From NCBI GenBank assembly GCA_963743305.1, contig CAVUPH010000028.1:22643-86642 (forward strand): DNA of 64,000 nucleotides, given 5' to 3'. This document shows, piece by piece, positions 1-10,196 of this stretch. Position numbers and translations under genes: made by a program. The first letter of the stretch is position 1. Every line of letters begins with the position of its first letter. The notes below the pieces were generated by a model. It worked only from the letters and a program-made list of their open reading frames with translations, was not told the origin of the DNA and did no database searches. This DNA comes from an uncultured delta proteobacterium (GTDB taxonomy: Bacteria; Desulfobacterota; RBG-13-43-22).

Positions 1-256
1 CGGCCGTCATCAGGGAAACCACAGCCACCGGTCCGGTGGCCAATTGGCGGCTGGAACCGAACAGGGCGGCCAGCATGGGAGGCAAAAAGGCGGCATAGAG
101 GCCGTAATAGGTGGGTAGACCCGCCAATTGGGCGTAGGCCATGGACTGAGGGATAAGGACCAGCGCCACGGTCAAGCCGGCCAGGGCGTCGGCCCGGAAG
201 GCCGCGCCGTTATACGTTTTGAACCATTCCAGGAAAGGAAAAATTTTTTTGATCAT
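1..256 (-). CDS. SulP/SLC26 family inorganic anion transporter (5' part, runs off window)
   Basis: Manual translation from ATG 256: [13 protein letters not shown]...[54 protein letters not shown], the SulP signature. Confidence 0.92.
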   Translation of the reverse strand, partial: MIKKIFPFLEWFKTYNGAAFRADALAGLTVALVLIPQSMAYAQLAGLPTYYGLYAAFLPPMLAALFGSSRQLATGPVAVVSLMTA

Positions 257-312
257 CAGGGATCCTCTTGAACCTCAATCCGCGCCAATCACGGTTTTTC
301 GATCTCTTTGGT

Positions 313-927
313 TTACAGCGGTGACGGTGTTCCCATTCCCCGCCCCCGGGTATTTCCCAACATCCTTCGACAAGCTGAAATCAATTCATGGTATAATCCT
401 CCAGGATCATATAGATTATAGGTCTTGAAGCGGACCAGACCGTCCACCATGGTAAAAAGGATCAAGGCCATTTTTCGAGCCGGCAGCGGCTCGATGGACC
501 CGTCCTCCTGGCCCCGCCGGACGGCCTGCTCAAAAATATCCACGATGCGGTTATAGATGGCTTCCAGGTGGTTCCGACAAATCGGATTGACGGCAGCCAG
601 CTCATAGGGATAGCGGTGATGCAGAAGGTGAAACCGGTCATCCTTCATGCCGGCCAAATACAGGTAATAGCTGACGGCCCCTTCCACCATGTCCAACCCC
701 GACTCAAATTTTTTTTCCTGGAAGTATCGGTCATACCCGTTGATGATCTCGGTCTTCAGTCCCTCCAGGATGGCCAGGAAAAGACCTTCCTTGCTCTTGT
801 AATGGTAAAAAATAGTCCCTTCAGCCACCTTGGTTATCTCGGAAATGTCTGAGATCGAGGTTTCTTTAAATCCCTTATCCGAAAAAAGCCGGCTGGCGGC
901 CTGTAAAATGACTTCTTTCCTGGTCAT
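313..927 (-). CDS. TetR/AcrR family transcriptional regulator
   Basis: N-terminal HTH: ILQAASRLFSDKGFKETSISDISEITKVAEGTIFYHYKSKEGL. Confidence 0.93.
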   Translation of the reverse strand: MTRKEVILQAASRLFSDKGFKETSISDISEITKVAEGTIFYHYKSKEGLFLAILEGLKTEIINGYDRYFQEKKFESGLDMVEGAVSYYLYLAGMKDDRFHLLHHRYPYELAAVNPICRNHLEAIYNRIVDIFEQAVRRGQEDGSIEPLPARKMALILFTMVDGLVRFKTYNLYDPGGLYHELISACRRMLGNTRGRGMGTPSPL

Positions 928-1505
928 CGATTTCCCTCAAAACAAACTGAGCACTCAGTCATTTTTAAAATATTAAATTGTCTTTTTCTTGTCAAGAAAA
1001 AATTATTCAATTTGGGAGGGCCGCTGGGAATATAATTGAATACAAACAGCTCATCCAGAAAGGAGAGCATCAGTTTCCAGGAACGCTGGTCAGCGATTTT
1101 ATCATAGGCCAGGGCCGGGATGCCCGCTTTATCGGCATCGGGATTGGTAAAGCTGTGCTTGGCTCCCCCGTAGGACATGAACTGCCAATCCGCTTCCCCA
1201 GTCCTTAGGTTATCCTGGTACGCCCAAATCTGCTCCTTGGTAGTCAAAGGATCATCCGCGCCGTGACAGACCAATACCTTGGCTTTGGCGTAATCATTAA
1301 GCCCCCACCATTCATGGACCACGAGGACCCCGGGGCGGGGCGTGGGATAGCTGTCCTCATAGACCAGGTAACCGGTCAACACCGTGCTCCCCTGCTTATA
1401 CTCCACTTTTTCAGCCTTCAAAGCGGCTTCACTCCGGAGGGATAAACAAAAAAATGAAACCATCACCATTGCCAATGTTGTCGTCATTCTTCTTTTCACG
1501 ATCAT
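924..1505 (-). pseudogene. Dienelactone hydrolase family protein with in-frame internal deletion
   Basis: Signal peptide and GVLVVHEWWGLND joined directly to KAKVLVCHGADDP...YGGAKHSFTNP; central G-x-C-x-G nucleophile region absent; C-terminus runs through the TetR promoter. Confidence 0.7.
946..995 (-). promoter_or_regulatory. Sigma70-like promoter and palindromic operator of the TetR gene
   Basis: TTGACA (995-990)-17 nt-TATTTT; inverted repeat ACTGAG-CA-CTCAGT at 946-959 just upstream of the start codon. Confidence 0.65.
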
Positions 1506-3691
1506 TCCTCCAATTCAAAGTGCTTTTTTTTCAACAAGAATTCCCGATCCTCCGGCCAGCCCTGTTCCACCCCTTCCCGAAACCAGGCCAGGGCCGCCCG
1601 CCGACAGAGGGATTCGACCTGGGCGCCGGTCCAGCCGACGGTTTGCCCCAGCAGCCAATCCATGGTCACTTCCGAGGAAAGGGGCTTCCCGGCGAGATGA
1701 ATGGCCAGAATTTCTCTTCGCTCCGACTCTTCGGGAATGGCCAGGACGATATGAAGCTCAAAACGGCCGGGCCGAAGCAGCGAGGGGTCTATCACCTCCG
1801 GTTGGCTGGTGGCTCCGATGATAAATACCCCCTTCAATTTTTCGACCCCATCCATTTCGGTGAGAAGCTGGCTGACCATACGGCTGGTCACCCTGGAGCT
1901 CCCCCAGTCCAAACCCCTCTGGGCGGCGAAGGAATCAAGTTCATCGAAGAAGAGAATGCAGGGGGCCGTCAACCGGGCCTTGCGAAAAATTTCCCTTATT
2001 CGCTCTTCGCTTTCCCCCACAAACTTGCTGAGCAGTTCCGGACCCTTGACGGCGATGAAATTCAGACCGCTCTCCCGGGCCAGGGCTTGGACCAGCAGGG
2101 TTTTCCCGGTTCCGGAAGGCCCGGTGATCAGTATCCCTTTGGGCGGTTCGAGGCCCAGGGCCGCATACCGTTCCGGAAATTCCCAGGGCCATTGGAAGGC
2201 CTCTTTCAGGGCCTTTTTAGCCTCATGGCAGCCGCCCACCTGGTCCCAGCGCACCTGGGGCAACTCCACCTGCACCTCCCGGATGGCCGAGGGTTCCACC
2301 TCTTTGAAGGCCTCGTCAAAATCCACCGCCTCCACGGACAACCCCTCCAGAAACTCGGGGGTCACCGTATCCTGGCCCAAGTTTAAGCGGGGCTGGATCC
2401 TCCGCAGCACGCAGAGACCTGCTTCCTGGCAGAGGGACTTGAGGTCGGCGCCCACAAAGCCATGGGTTTTTTTGGCCCAGGCCTCCAGGTCGATATTCGA
2501 GGACAAGGGCATCTTCCGGCTGTGGATCTTCAGAATTTCCAGACGCCCTTTTTCGTTGGGCACTTCAATGGAGATCTCCCGGTCAAACCGGCCCGGCCGT
2601 CTCAAGGCCGAATCCAGGCTGTTGGGGATATTGGTCGCCCCCATGACCACCACCTGCCCCCGGGGTTCCAAGCCGTCCATCAGAGCCAATAACTGGGCTA
2701 CGATCCGCTTTTCCACCTCGCCCTCCGTCTTTTCTCTTCGAGGAGCCAGAACGTCGATTTCATCCAAAAAGATGATGGCCGGGGCATTTCCCTGGGCCTT
2801 TTCAAAAATGGAGCGGAGTTTTTCCTCGCTTTCCCCGTAATGACGCTGCATGATTTCGGGACCGTTGATGTGATAAAATTGCGCCTGGGTCTCCCGGGCC
2901 ACGGCCCGGGCGATCAGGGTTTTTCCCGAACCGGGCGGGCCATGAAGCAGAATCCCCTTGGGGGCATCAATCCCCAGCCGGGAAAAGATCTGCGGGAAGC
3001 GCAGCGGCAGTTCCACTATCTCCCGGATCCGCTCGATCTCCTTCTCCAGTCCCCCGATATGTCTATAACTGATGGCGTTGTCCCTGCGCCCTTCCCCGGT
3101 TTCTTCCTCAAAAACCAGGGTAGTTTGTGGCTCGACTTGAACCGGGCCTTCCGGTTGGGTGGCCTGGACCCAAAAAACACCTTTTTTGTCCCCGCCCAGG
3201 GAAACCGGAATGCGGTTGCCGGCCAACAGGATAACCCCTTGAAGACGTTCTCTGAGGATCGCCTGCCGTTCCTCCTTGATCAAGTGGTGCGTTTCGGGGA
3301 TCAAAATGATTTCCCCGGCCGGAAGGGGGATGGCCTTTTGGACAATAACCTTGCTGAAAAGAAAGGTCCCGGCATTGCTGAGCGTCAACGGGTCCAGGTG
3401 AATAACGGCTTCCGAGCCGATAACGGGGGCCGAAGGACCCACCGGGACCACGGCCGATTGGGTACCCTTCAGCAGCAGAAAATCGCCTTCCTGAACCTGG
3501 AGGTACTTCATGTTAGACGGAGAGATACGGACCTTGAAGGACTCCCCGTCTTCAAGTAAGGCCTTGACTACGTGAAGGGCCACCTGATGATGGCCGCAAG
3601 TTTGATCCCGGCAATCCTTACAAGTATGGTGGAAAGGATCGTTTACCTGGGTTTCATGGGGGCAGTGCTCGGACATAACCGGTTCTCCCAT
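1502..3691 (-). CDS. CDC48/p97/VAT-family double AAA+ ATPase
   Basis: N domain, IGGL, D1 GPPGSGKT / IIFLDEID / ALRRPGRFDREI, D2 GPSGTGKT / FFDELD / LLRPGRF. Confidence 0.93.
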   Translation of the reverse strand: MGEPVMSEHCPHETQVNDPFHHTCKDCRDQTCGHHQVALHVVKALLEDGESFKVRISPSNMKYLQVQEGDFLLLKGTQSAVVPVGPSAPVIGSEAVIHLDPLTLSNAGTFLFSKVIVQKAIPLPAGEIILIPETHHLIKEERQAILRERLQGVILLAGNRIPVSLGGDKKGVFWVQATQPEGPVQVEPQTTLVFEEETGEGRRDNAISYRHIGGLEKEIERIREIVELPLRFPQIFSRLGIDAPKGILLHGPPGSGKTLIARAVARETQAQFYHINGPEIMQRHYGESEEKLRSIFEKAQGNAPAIIFLDEIDVLAPRREKTEGEVEKRIVAQLLALMDGLEPRGQVVVMGATNIPNSLDSALRRPGRFDREISIEVPNEKGRLEILKIHSRKMPLSSNIDLEAWAKKTHGFVGADLKSLCQEAGLCVLRRIQPRLNLGQDTVTPEFLEGLSVEAVDFDEAFKEVEPSAIREVQVELPQVRWDQVGGCHEAKKALKEAFQWPWEFPERYAALGLEPPKGILITGPSGTGKTLLVQALARESGLNFIAVKGPELLSKFVGESEERIREIFRKARLTAPCILFFDELDSFAAQRGLDWGSSRVTSRMVSQLLTEMDGVEKLKGVFIIGATSQPEVIDPSLLRPGRFELHIVLAIPEESERREILAIHLAGKPLSSEVTMDWLLGQTVGWTGAQVESLCRRAALAWFREGVEQGWPEDREFLLKKKHFELEE

Positions 3692-4106
3692 TACTATGAA
3701 AATAGAAACGAATATCGAATGACGACGTATTTTTTCATCCCAAGAGGAGGGATCCGGTCAAGTCTCCCGCCTGACAGGAGGGGTCGGGGGTCGCGGGCCC
3801 TATAGAAAACGACGACTTGGAATCTTTTCATGCTTCGCGAATGCCCGCCCCCAGCCCGCATGTTTTAGGTAAAATAAGTCATTTTGGACATAATGCAATA
3901 GTGCCCTAGTGCACCTTATCCCCGGGTCCCGAATTAGAAAAGTAACCATTCAACATTCGATCTAAACTTTTTTCTTTACTGGCCCCACGAATTGATATAT
4001 TCTTAAATGAGGAAATAGTAGTCCCTACCTCCCTCGCATTTAATCCTGATGCTGTTCGGAAAATCCGGGCAAGGCGATTCATCTTCAGTGAAAAGGACAA
4101 AACCTC

Positions 4107-5624
4107 TTGAAAATACTTTTAATTTACCCCAAGTACCCTGAAACCTTCTGGGGCTTCAAATACGCCCTTAAGTTCATCTCCAAAAAAGCCGCCTTCCCCC
4201 CCCTGGGCCTGTTGACCGTGGCGGCCCTACTACCGGAAGCCTGGGAAAAACGTCTGATTGATCTGAACGTGCGCAATCTGAAGGATGAAGACCTGAAGGG
4301 CGTGGACCTGGTCTTCATCGGGGCCATGTTTATTCAGAAGGACAGCGTAGAGGAGATCATCCACAGGTGTAAAGCCCAAGGGGTCAAGATCGTAGCCGGT
4401 GGCCCCTTGTTTACCATGAGCGAGGAAAGCGAACTGGACCGGCGGATCGACTACTTCGTCTTGGACGAGGGAGAAATCACGGTCCCGCTATTCCTGGCCG
4501 ATCTGGAAAAGGGAAATCCCCGCAGGGTCTATACCTCTCCGGAGCGGCCCGATGTTAAAAAGACCCCCCGGCCCCTCTGGGATCTGATCTCCTTCAAACA
4601 CTACGCCACCATGTCGATTCAGTATTCCCGGGGTTGTCCCTTTAACTGCGATTTTTGCGACATCATCATCCTGAACGGCCGGGTTCCGCGCAGCAAGGGA
4701 AGCGACCAGGTCCTGGGGGAACTGGATGCCCTTTACGATCGGGGTTGGCGGGGCGGAGTTTTTATCGTGGACGACAATTTTATCGGCAACAAGCAGAAAG
4801 TGAAGCGGCTCCTCCCCGACCTGATGCAATGGAGTCGGGAGCGCAAGTATCCCTTTCATTTTATTACCGAAGCCTCGCTAAATCTGGCGGACGATGACGA
4901 ACTGATGAAGATGATGGCTGATGCCAACTTTTCCCAAGTCTTTCTAGGCATCGAGACTCCTAATGAAGGAAGCCTGACGGAATGCAACAAAATCCAAAAT
5001 TCCGAGCGCGATATGGCGGACTCCATCCGGAAGATCCAGCAGGCCGGGCTGGAGGTCATGGGAGGCTTCATCGTGGGGTTCGACAACGATCCCCCCTCCA
5101 TCTTTGAGCAGCAAATCCGTTTTATCCAGCGGGTCGGGGTGGTGACCGCCATGGTGGGCTTGCTGCACGCCGTTCCGCGGACCCCCTTGTATCAGCGCCT
5201 CAAGCAGCAGGGCCGGATCCTCATGAACAGCACCGGGAACAACACGGACGGCACCCTGAATTTCATCCCCAAGATGGACACCCAATTGCTGGTGGAGGGT
5301 TACCGAGAAATCATCAACACCATCTATGCTCCGAAGCAATACTACGAACGGGTCCGGACCTTCCTCAAAGGTTACCAGCCCAGGTTGAAGGGTCGCCGCC
5401 TCACCTTAAGGGATACCCGGGCCTTCGTGAAATCCATTTTCATCCTGGGTATTTTTGCCAAGGAGCGGAGTTACTACTGGAAACTCCTGACCGCCACCTT
5501 GTTCAAAAACAGAAAAGCGCTTCCTCAGGCTCTCACCTGCATCATCTTTGGTTATCATTTCCGCCGGGTCTTAAAACACCTGAGCCTTGCACCCCGGAAA
5601 GGGGTCGCCCCGGAGGCCTCTTGA
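4107..5624 (+). CDS. B12-binding radical SAM protein (DUF4070-type C-terminus)
   Basis: PPLGLLTVAA B12-binding N-terminus, SRGCPFNCDFC motif, VDDNFIGN. Confidence 0.9.
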   Translation: MKILLIYPKYPETFWGFKYALKFISKKAAFPPLGLLTVAALLPEAWEKRLIDLNVRNLKDEDLKGVDLVFIGAMFIQKDSVEEIIHRCKAQGVKIVAGGPLFTMSEESELDRRIDYFVLDEGEITVPLFLADLEKGNPRRVYTSPERPDVKKTPRPLWDLISFKHYATMSIQYSRGCPFNCDFCDIIILNGRVPRSKGSDQVLGELDALYDRGWRGGVFIVDDNFIGNKQKVKRLLPDLMQWSRERKYPFHFITEASLNLADDDELMKMMADANFSQVFLGIETPNEGSLTECNKIQNSERDMADSIRKIQQAGLEVMGGFIVGFDNDPPSIFEQQIRFIQRVGVVTAMVGLLHAVPRTPLYQRLKQQGRILMNSTGNNTDGTLNFIPKMDTQLLVEGYREIINTIYAPKQYYERVRTFLKGYQPRLKGRRLTLRDTRAFVKSIFILGIFAKERSYYWKLLTATLFKNRKALPQALTCIIFGYHFRRVLKHLSLAPRKGVAPEAS

Positions 5625-5630
5625 TCAAGT

Positions 5631-6749
5631 TCATGAACAGCAAATCTTCTCCAACGGCGCGCAGGCATAGCCCAGGTCGCCGGCCACATTGGCGCAGGTG
5701 ACCTGGCCCCGGTATACGTTCACCCCTTTGGCCAGGGCCGGGTCATCGGCCACGGCCTTGGCGATCCCCTTATTAGCCAGGGCCTGGGCATAGGGCAGGG
5801 TGACGTTGGTCAGGGCAAAGGTGGAGGTGCGGGCCACGGCGGCCGGCATGTTGGTCACGCCATAGTGGATCACTCCGTCCACTAAATAAATCGGCTCGGC
5901 GTGGGTCGTGGGCCGGGTGGTTTCGCAGCAACCGCCCTGATCCACCGAGACGTCCACCACCACGGTACCCGGTTTCATCGAAGCGATCATCTCCCGGGTG
6001 ACCAACTTGGGCGCCCGGGCCCCGGGGATCAGCACCGCCCCGATAACCAGATGGGCGTCCTTCACCGCTTGGGCGATGTTGTCGTGATTGGACATGAGGG
6101 TATTGATCCGGGTCCCGAAGATGTCGTCCAGATAGGCCAGGCGCTGAGCATTGTTGTCCACGATGGTTACGTAGGCCCCCATCCCCACGGCGATCTTGGC
6201 CGCGCTGGCGCCCACTGTTCCGGCGCCGATAATCGCCACCTTGCCCCGGGCCACGCCGGGTACGCCTCCCAGCAGGACTCCCCGACCGCCGAATCCCTTT
6301 TCCAGATAGTGGGCCCCCACCTGAACGGCCATACGTCCGGCCACCACACTCATGGGAGTCAACAGGGGCAGCGAGCCGTCTAAAAGTTGAATGGTTTCAT
6401 AGGCCACCCCGATAACCCCCCGCTGCAGCAGGTCCCGGGTCAATTCGGGCCCCGGCGCCAGATGCAGGTAGGCGAAGAGGATCTGACCTTCCTGGAGCAA
6501 AGGGATTTCCGCGGGCAGGGGCTCTTTGACCTTCATGACCATCTCGGCCCGGCCGTAAACGGCTTCAGCGTCGGGGACGATCATTGCCCCGGCCTCGGTG
6601 AATTCCTCGTCCAGGATGCCGCTCCCTTCCCCCGCGCCGGCCTGGATCCATACCTGATGTCCGTCCTTGGCCAGGGCCCGCACCCCGGCCGGTACCACGC
6701 CCACACGATATTCGTGATTTTTTATTTCCTTGGGTATCCCGATAAGCAT
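5631..6749 (-). CDS. ald: Alanine dehydrogenase
   Basis: [45 protein letters not shown]. Confidence 0.96.
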   Translation of the reverse strand: MLIGIPKEIKNHEYRVGVVPAGVRALAKDGHQVWIQAGAGEGSGILDEEFTEAGAMIVPDAEAVYGRAEMVMKVKEPLPAEIPLLQEGQILFAYLHLAPGPELTRDLLQRGVIGVAYETIQLLDGSLPLLTPMSVVAGRMAVQVGAHYLEKGFGGRGVLLGGVPGVARGKVAIIGAGTVGASAAKIAVGMGAYVTIVDNNAQRLAYLDDIFGTRINTLMSNHDNIAQAVKDAHLVIGAVLIPGARAPKLVTREMIASMKPGTVVVDVSVDQGGCCETTRPTTHAEPIYLVDGVIHYGVTNMPAAVARTSTFALTNVTLPYAQALANKGIAKAVADDPALAKGVNVYRGQVTCANVAGDLGYACAPLEKICCS

Positions 6750-6857
6750 GAAAACCTCCTTGTAAATTTTGAGATTCGATCATCTCATTCTGTGCAGGAT
6801 TTCGATAGTTGAAGATTGCACAACGTCCTTCGCGCTCTGCGCCCAGCGCTCAGCGCT

Positions 6858-8873
6858 TCAGATCTTCAGCCCGATTTCCAAACCTTCCCGCACGGCCTCC
6901 AGGGCCTTCCGGGGCTTCCGGGCATCACCGATCAGGTAAATCTCCTCCACCTTGTCCTTGAACTCTTCATAAAGATCGTCCACCGGTTCCACCCCCAGGG
7001 CCAGCACCACCGTGCGGGCCGGCAGACTGCCGGTTTCCCCCTCCTTTTCAAAAAAGACGCTTTCCGGGGTGATCTCCACGGCCCTGGAGGATAACTGGCT
7101 TCGGATCCCCCGACGGTGGATATCCTGGAGGATCGACCACCGGGTTGAGGCCCCGATATCGCGGCCGATCTTGGCCATCATTTCCAGGATAGTGATCTCC
7201 TGAATTCCCCGGGTAACCAGCGGATACAAAACCTCCGGAGACTCGGCCTGGTTTTCAAACAGAAAATATAGAGTTTCGGGGGGAATCGTCCCGATACGGG
7301 CCAACAACAGGGCTGTTTCGCAGCCCACCGCCCCGCCGCCGATAATCACCACCGGGCTGACCGTGTCCACTAGACCGGAGAGGACCTCCCAGGACTGGAC
7401 CACGTGGGGCAGGTTGATACCGGGAATATCGGGGAGGATCGGTCTGGCCCCGGTGGCTACCACCACCGCATCCGGGGAAACCGCTTCCAGCAAAGGCAGG
7501 GTCACCTCCTGGCCCAAATTCACCTCCACGTCAAAAAGACCAAGTTGATAGGAAAGATCCCGACCCAGGGCAGCCATTTCCTGCCTGCCCGGAGGGACAG
7601 CGGCTAAAGGCAACTGCCCGCCCAGTTCGGGGTTGCGGTCGTAAAGCAACACCTGATGCCCCCGCCGGGCAGCCGTCACGGCGGCCATCATTCCGGCCGG
7701 ACCGCCGCCGATCACCAGGACCTTTTTCTTTTTCTCCGCCCGGGAGATCGGAAATTCCTTTTCCCTCCCGGTCCGGGGATTGACCAGACAGGTGACCGGG
7801 CTGAGTTTAAACACTTCGTCGAAGCAGCCCTGGTTGCAGGCGATGCAATGCTGGATGTCCTGAAGATGTCCCCCCCTGGCTTTGTTGGGCAGATCGGGGT
7901 CGGCGATCAGGGCCCGGGCCATCCCGATCAGGTCCGCCTGTCCCTGACGTAATATACGGTCGGCCAAGAAAGGATCGTTCACCCGGTTGCAGGCCACCAC
8001 CGGGACTTTGACTTTTTCGCGGACCCCCCGGGCCAGGTAGGTGAAGGCCCCCTGGGGAACCATCATGGTGAGTTGGGGCACCCGCGTTTCGTGCCAGCCG
8101 CCGGTGACGTTGATGGCATCGGCCCCGGCGGACTCCAGGACCTGGGCGAATTGGGCGGCCTCTGTATTGGTGTTGCCGCCGGGCATGAAATCATTCCCGG
8201 CGACGCGAACCATGATCGGGAAATCCGGTCCCACTGCTTGCCGAATCTTTTCCACCACTTCCCGGCCGAAGCGCACCCGATTCTCCCAGGGGCCGCCATA
8301 ATCGTCTTCCCGCTTATTGGTGAGGGGGGATAGAAACTGGCTGATCAAATAACCGGCGCTGCCCAGCACCTCGACCCCGTCCAACCCGGCCTCCTTGGCC
8401 CGCAAGGCGGCCTGGACAAAGCGCTGCTGGACCGTTTCGATCTCCCCTGGATCCATGGCCTTGGGCGTCTCTCCAGTGAGCTTGCTGCGAATGGCCGAAG
8501 GCGCCAACGGGGTTCGTCCGCCGATCAGAAAAGAATAGGCGTACCGCCCGGCCTGGTACAGTTGAGCGAATAAGCGGGCGCCTTCCGCCTGAACCGCCAG
8601 AGCCAGGTTAGACAGCCCTTCGATAAACCGATCTTCGTGGATGGCGATCATCTCCGACATGCCGCCGTATTCGTCCACCGTGCAGCCGCCGACGACAATC
8701 AACCCGACTCCGCCCTTGGCTCGCTCCCGATAAAATTCGATCAGCCGGTCCGATACGAGACCTCCGGGGGTATACCCCAGGTGCATGGCCGGAAGGATGA
8801 TACGGTTTTTGATTGGCAACTGATTGATCTTAATTGGAACAAATAACTTCTTAATCGGGTTTCCGAAGGACAT
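6858..8873 (-). CDS. NADH:flavin oxidoreductase / 2,4-dienoyl-CoA reductase (FadH-like, OYE family)
   Basis: GYLISQFLSPLTNKREDDYGG, CIACNQGC...CLVNP, GGGPAG; start moved to ATG 8873 (SD AAAGGAG; promoter lies inside the longer ORF). Confidence 0.9.
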   Translation of the reverse strand: MSFGNPIKKLFVPIKINQLPIKNRIILPAMHLGYTPGGLVSDRLIEFYRERAKGGVGLIVVGGCTVDEYGGMSEMIAIHEDRFIEGLSNLALAVQAEGARLFAQLYQAGRYAYSFLIGGRTPLAPSAIRSKLTGETPKAMDPGEIETVQQRFVQAALRAKEAGLDGVEVLGSAGYLISQFLSPLTNKREDDYGGPWENRVRFGREVVEKIRQAVGPDFPIMVRVAGNDFMPGGNTNTEAAQFAQVLESAGADAINVTGGWHETRVPQLTMMVPQGAFTYLARGVREKVKVPVVACNRVNDPFLADRILRQGQADLIGMARALIADPDLPNKARGGHLQDIQHCIACNQGCFDEVFKLSPVTCLVNPRTGREKEFPISRAEKKKKVLVIGGGPAGMMAAVTAARRGHQVLLYDRNPELGGQLPLAAVPPGRQEMAALGRDLSYQLGLFDVEVNLGQEVTLPLLEAVSPDAVVVATGARPILPDIPGINLPHVVQSWEVLSGLVDTVSPVVIIGGGAVGCETALLLARIGTIPPETLYFLFENQAESPEVLYPLVTRGIQEITILEMMAKIGRDIGASTRWSILQDIHRRGIRSQLSSRAVEITPESVFFEKEGETGSLPARTVVLALGVEPVDDLYEEFKDKVEEIYLIGDARKPRKALEAVREGLEIGLKI

Positions 8874-8923
8874 CGGGATTACTCCTTTCGCGATTAGAAA
8901 ACCATTTGGAATTACTCTATTTT

Positions 8924-8952
8924 GATATAACATCCCCATTGGAGACTGTCAA
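8924..8952 (-). promoter_or_regulatory. Sigma70-like promoter of the FadH-like gene
   Basis: TTGACA-17 nt-TATATC with extended TG. Confidence 0.6.
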
Positions 8953-9011
8953 AAGGATTGAAAGACTCCCCCTCCTTAAATCCAGGTAATCTCCCGGATC
9001 AGTATAAAAAA

Positions 9012-9077
9012 GGTTGTTTTGCCCTTTTGGGTGGGTGGCCAGGCGATAGGGATACCCGCCCGGGAGGGCGAAGCGTC
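9012..9077. repeat. Short palindromic element sharing both ends with the element at 35982-36308
   Basis: GGTTGTT(T)TGCCCTTTTGGGTGGGTGGCCA ... TACCCGCCCGGGAGGGCGAAGCGTC. Confidence 0.75.
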
Positions 9078-9248
9078 CAAAAAAATTTACTCCCAGCAAA
9101 ATATTTCCCTTCGGATCTCATTTTAATTGATACTTATTATTAGTTATCAATATCCATACTTCTTGAAGCCTCCCCTTCCAGTTACCTTTTAGTAACCTTC
9201 CTTGTGATACCCTGCGCTAAATGATCTGAAAGGGAAAAGGGCCACGCT

Positions 9249-10196
9249 ATGTTTGACCGGGAGACGACTGAAGGGAACGGAGCATCAACAAAAAATAATC
9301 ATTCGGATTGCCTGCCGAAAGACTTCCCGGTGCCAGGAATTTCGGGATCCCGACCTGACAGGCAGGGCCAGCCCCCTTTTGAAGGTCCCCGGTTTAAGAA
9401 AATGAAAAATATTTCAACCGGGATAAGTCTGGACCAGATTAAAATCTACCCTTTATATGAGTTATTCGATATGCATAACGAATTGATGCTCCTTCATCGA
9501 ATCGGAGAAGTCCTGCCCCCCAAAAAGAATGGAGAAGCCTCTCTGCTGGACATGAAAATTGAAATGGTCCGCCACCTCTTGATATTTTGTTCCCTATGTA
9601 AAAGACTTTGTTGGATTAATCGCATTAGAGGGGAAAGAGGATTATGCCGGATGGGTTTAAACCCGAGAGTTATTGATCTCTCTTTATCCGGCCCCGAAAG
9701 GACCATTTTGGAAATCACCCTGGCCGGGTCCGGAATGCGCTGTAGTTTCTGCCTGAAAGAATCAGCCCCCGAACGGAGAAGGAGCTCCGGCATCCTGTTG
9801 GATCATCATTTATGGACCCGATTGGATTTTAGGGAAGCGCGTTTCCTTTCTTTCAACGGCGGAAATCCTGAAAATTCGTTATTGGCCATCCTTGAAGTTC
9901 TGAATACCGCTCCGGCAAACTGGGAAATCCCCATCCTTTGGAACAGCCATAGTCATACCACTCCTCCGGTTTTATCCCTTTTAGAGGGCATCGTGGACGC
10001 CTTTAGACTTGATTATTATTTTACCTGCGCCGTTTGCGGAAGGATCAGTTCTTTCCCTGCGCAATTCCCCGAGACGGCCGGAATGGTCAGGACCTTGGCC
10101 CGGGAACAAAAGGTTCCGCTTTATCCGGAAATAGGTATCCAAGGCCCGCAACCAACCCCTGCAAAAGGGGCACCCTCCGCCCCGGCCTATTTCTGA
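9249..10196 (+). CDS. Degenerate PflX-like radical SAM protein
   Basis: CSLCKRLCWINRIRGERGLCRMG N-terminal Cys cluster, GSGMRCSFC (first Cys of CxxxCxxC replaced), GGNP, PILWNS. Confidence 0.6.
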   Translation: MFDRETTEGNGASTKNNHSDCLPKDFPVPGISGSRPDRQGQPPFEGPRFKKMKNISTGISLDQIKIYPLYELFDMHNELMLLHRIGEVLPPKKNGEASLLDMKIEMVRHLLIFCSLCKRLCWINRIRGERGLCRMGLNPRVIDLSLSGPERTILEITLAGSGMRCSFCLKESAPERRRSSGILLDHHLWTRLDFREARFLSFNGGNPENSLLAILEVLNTAPANWEIPILWNSHSHTTPPVLSLLEGIVDAFRLDYYFTCAVCGRISSFPAQFPETAGMVRTLAREQKVPLYPEIGIQGPQPTPAKGAPSAPAYF

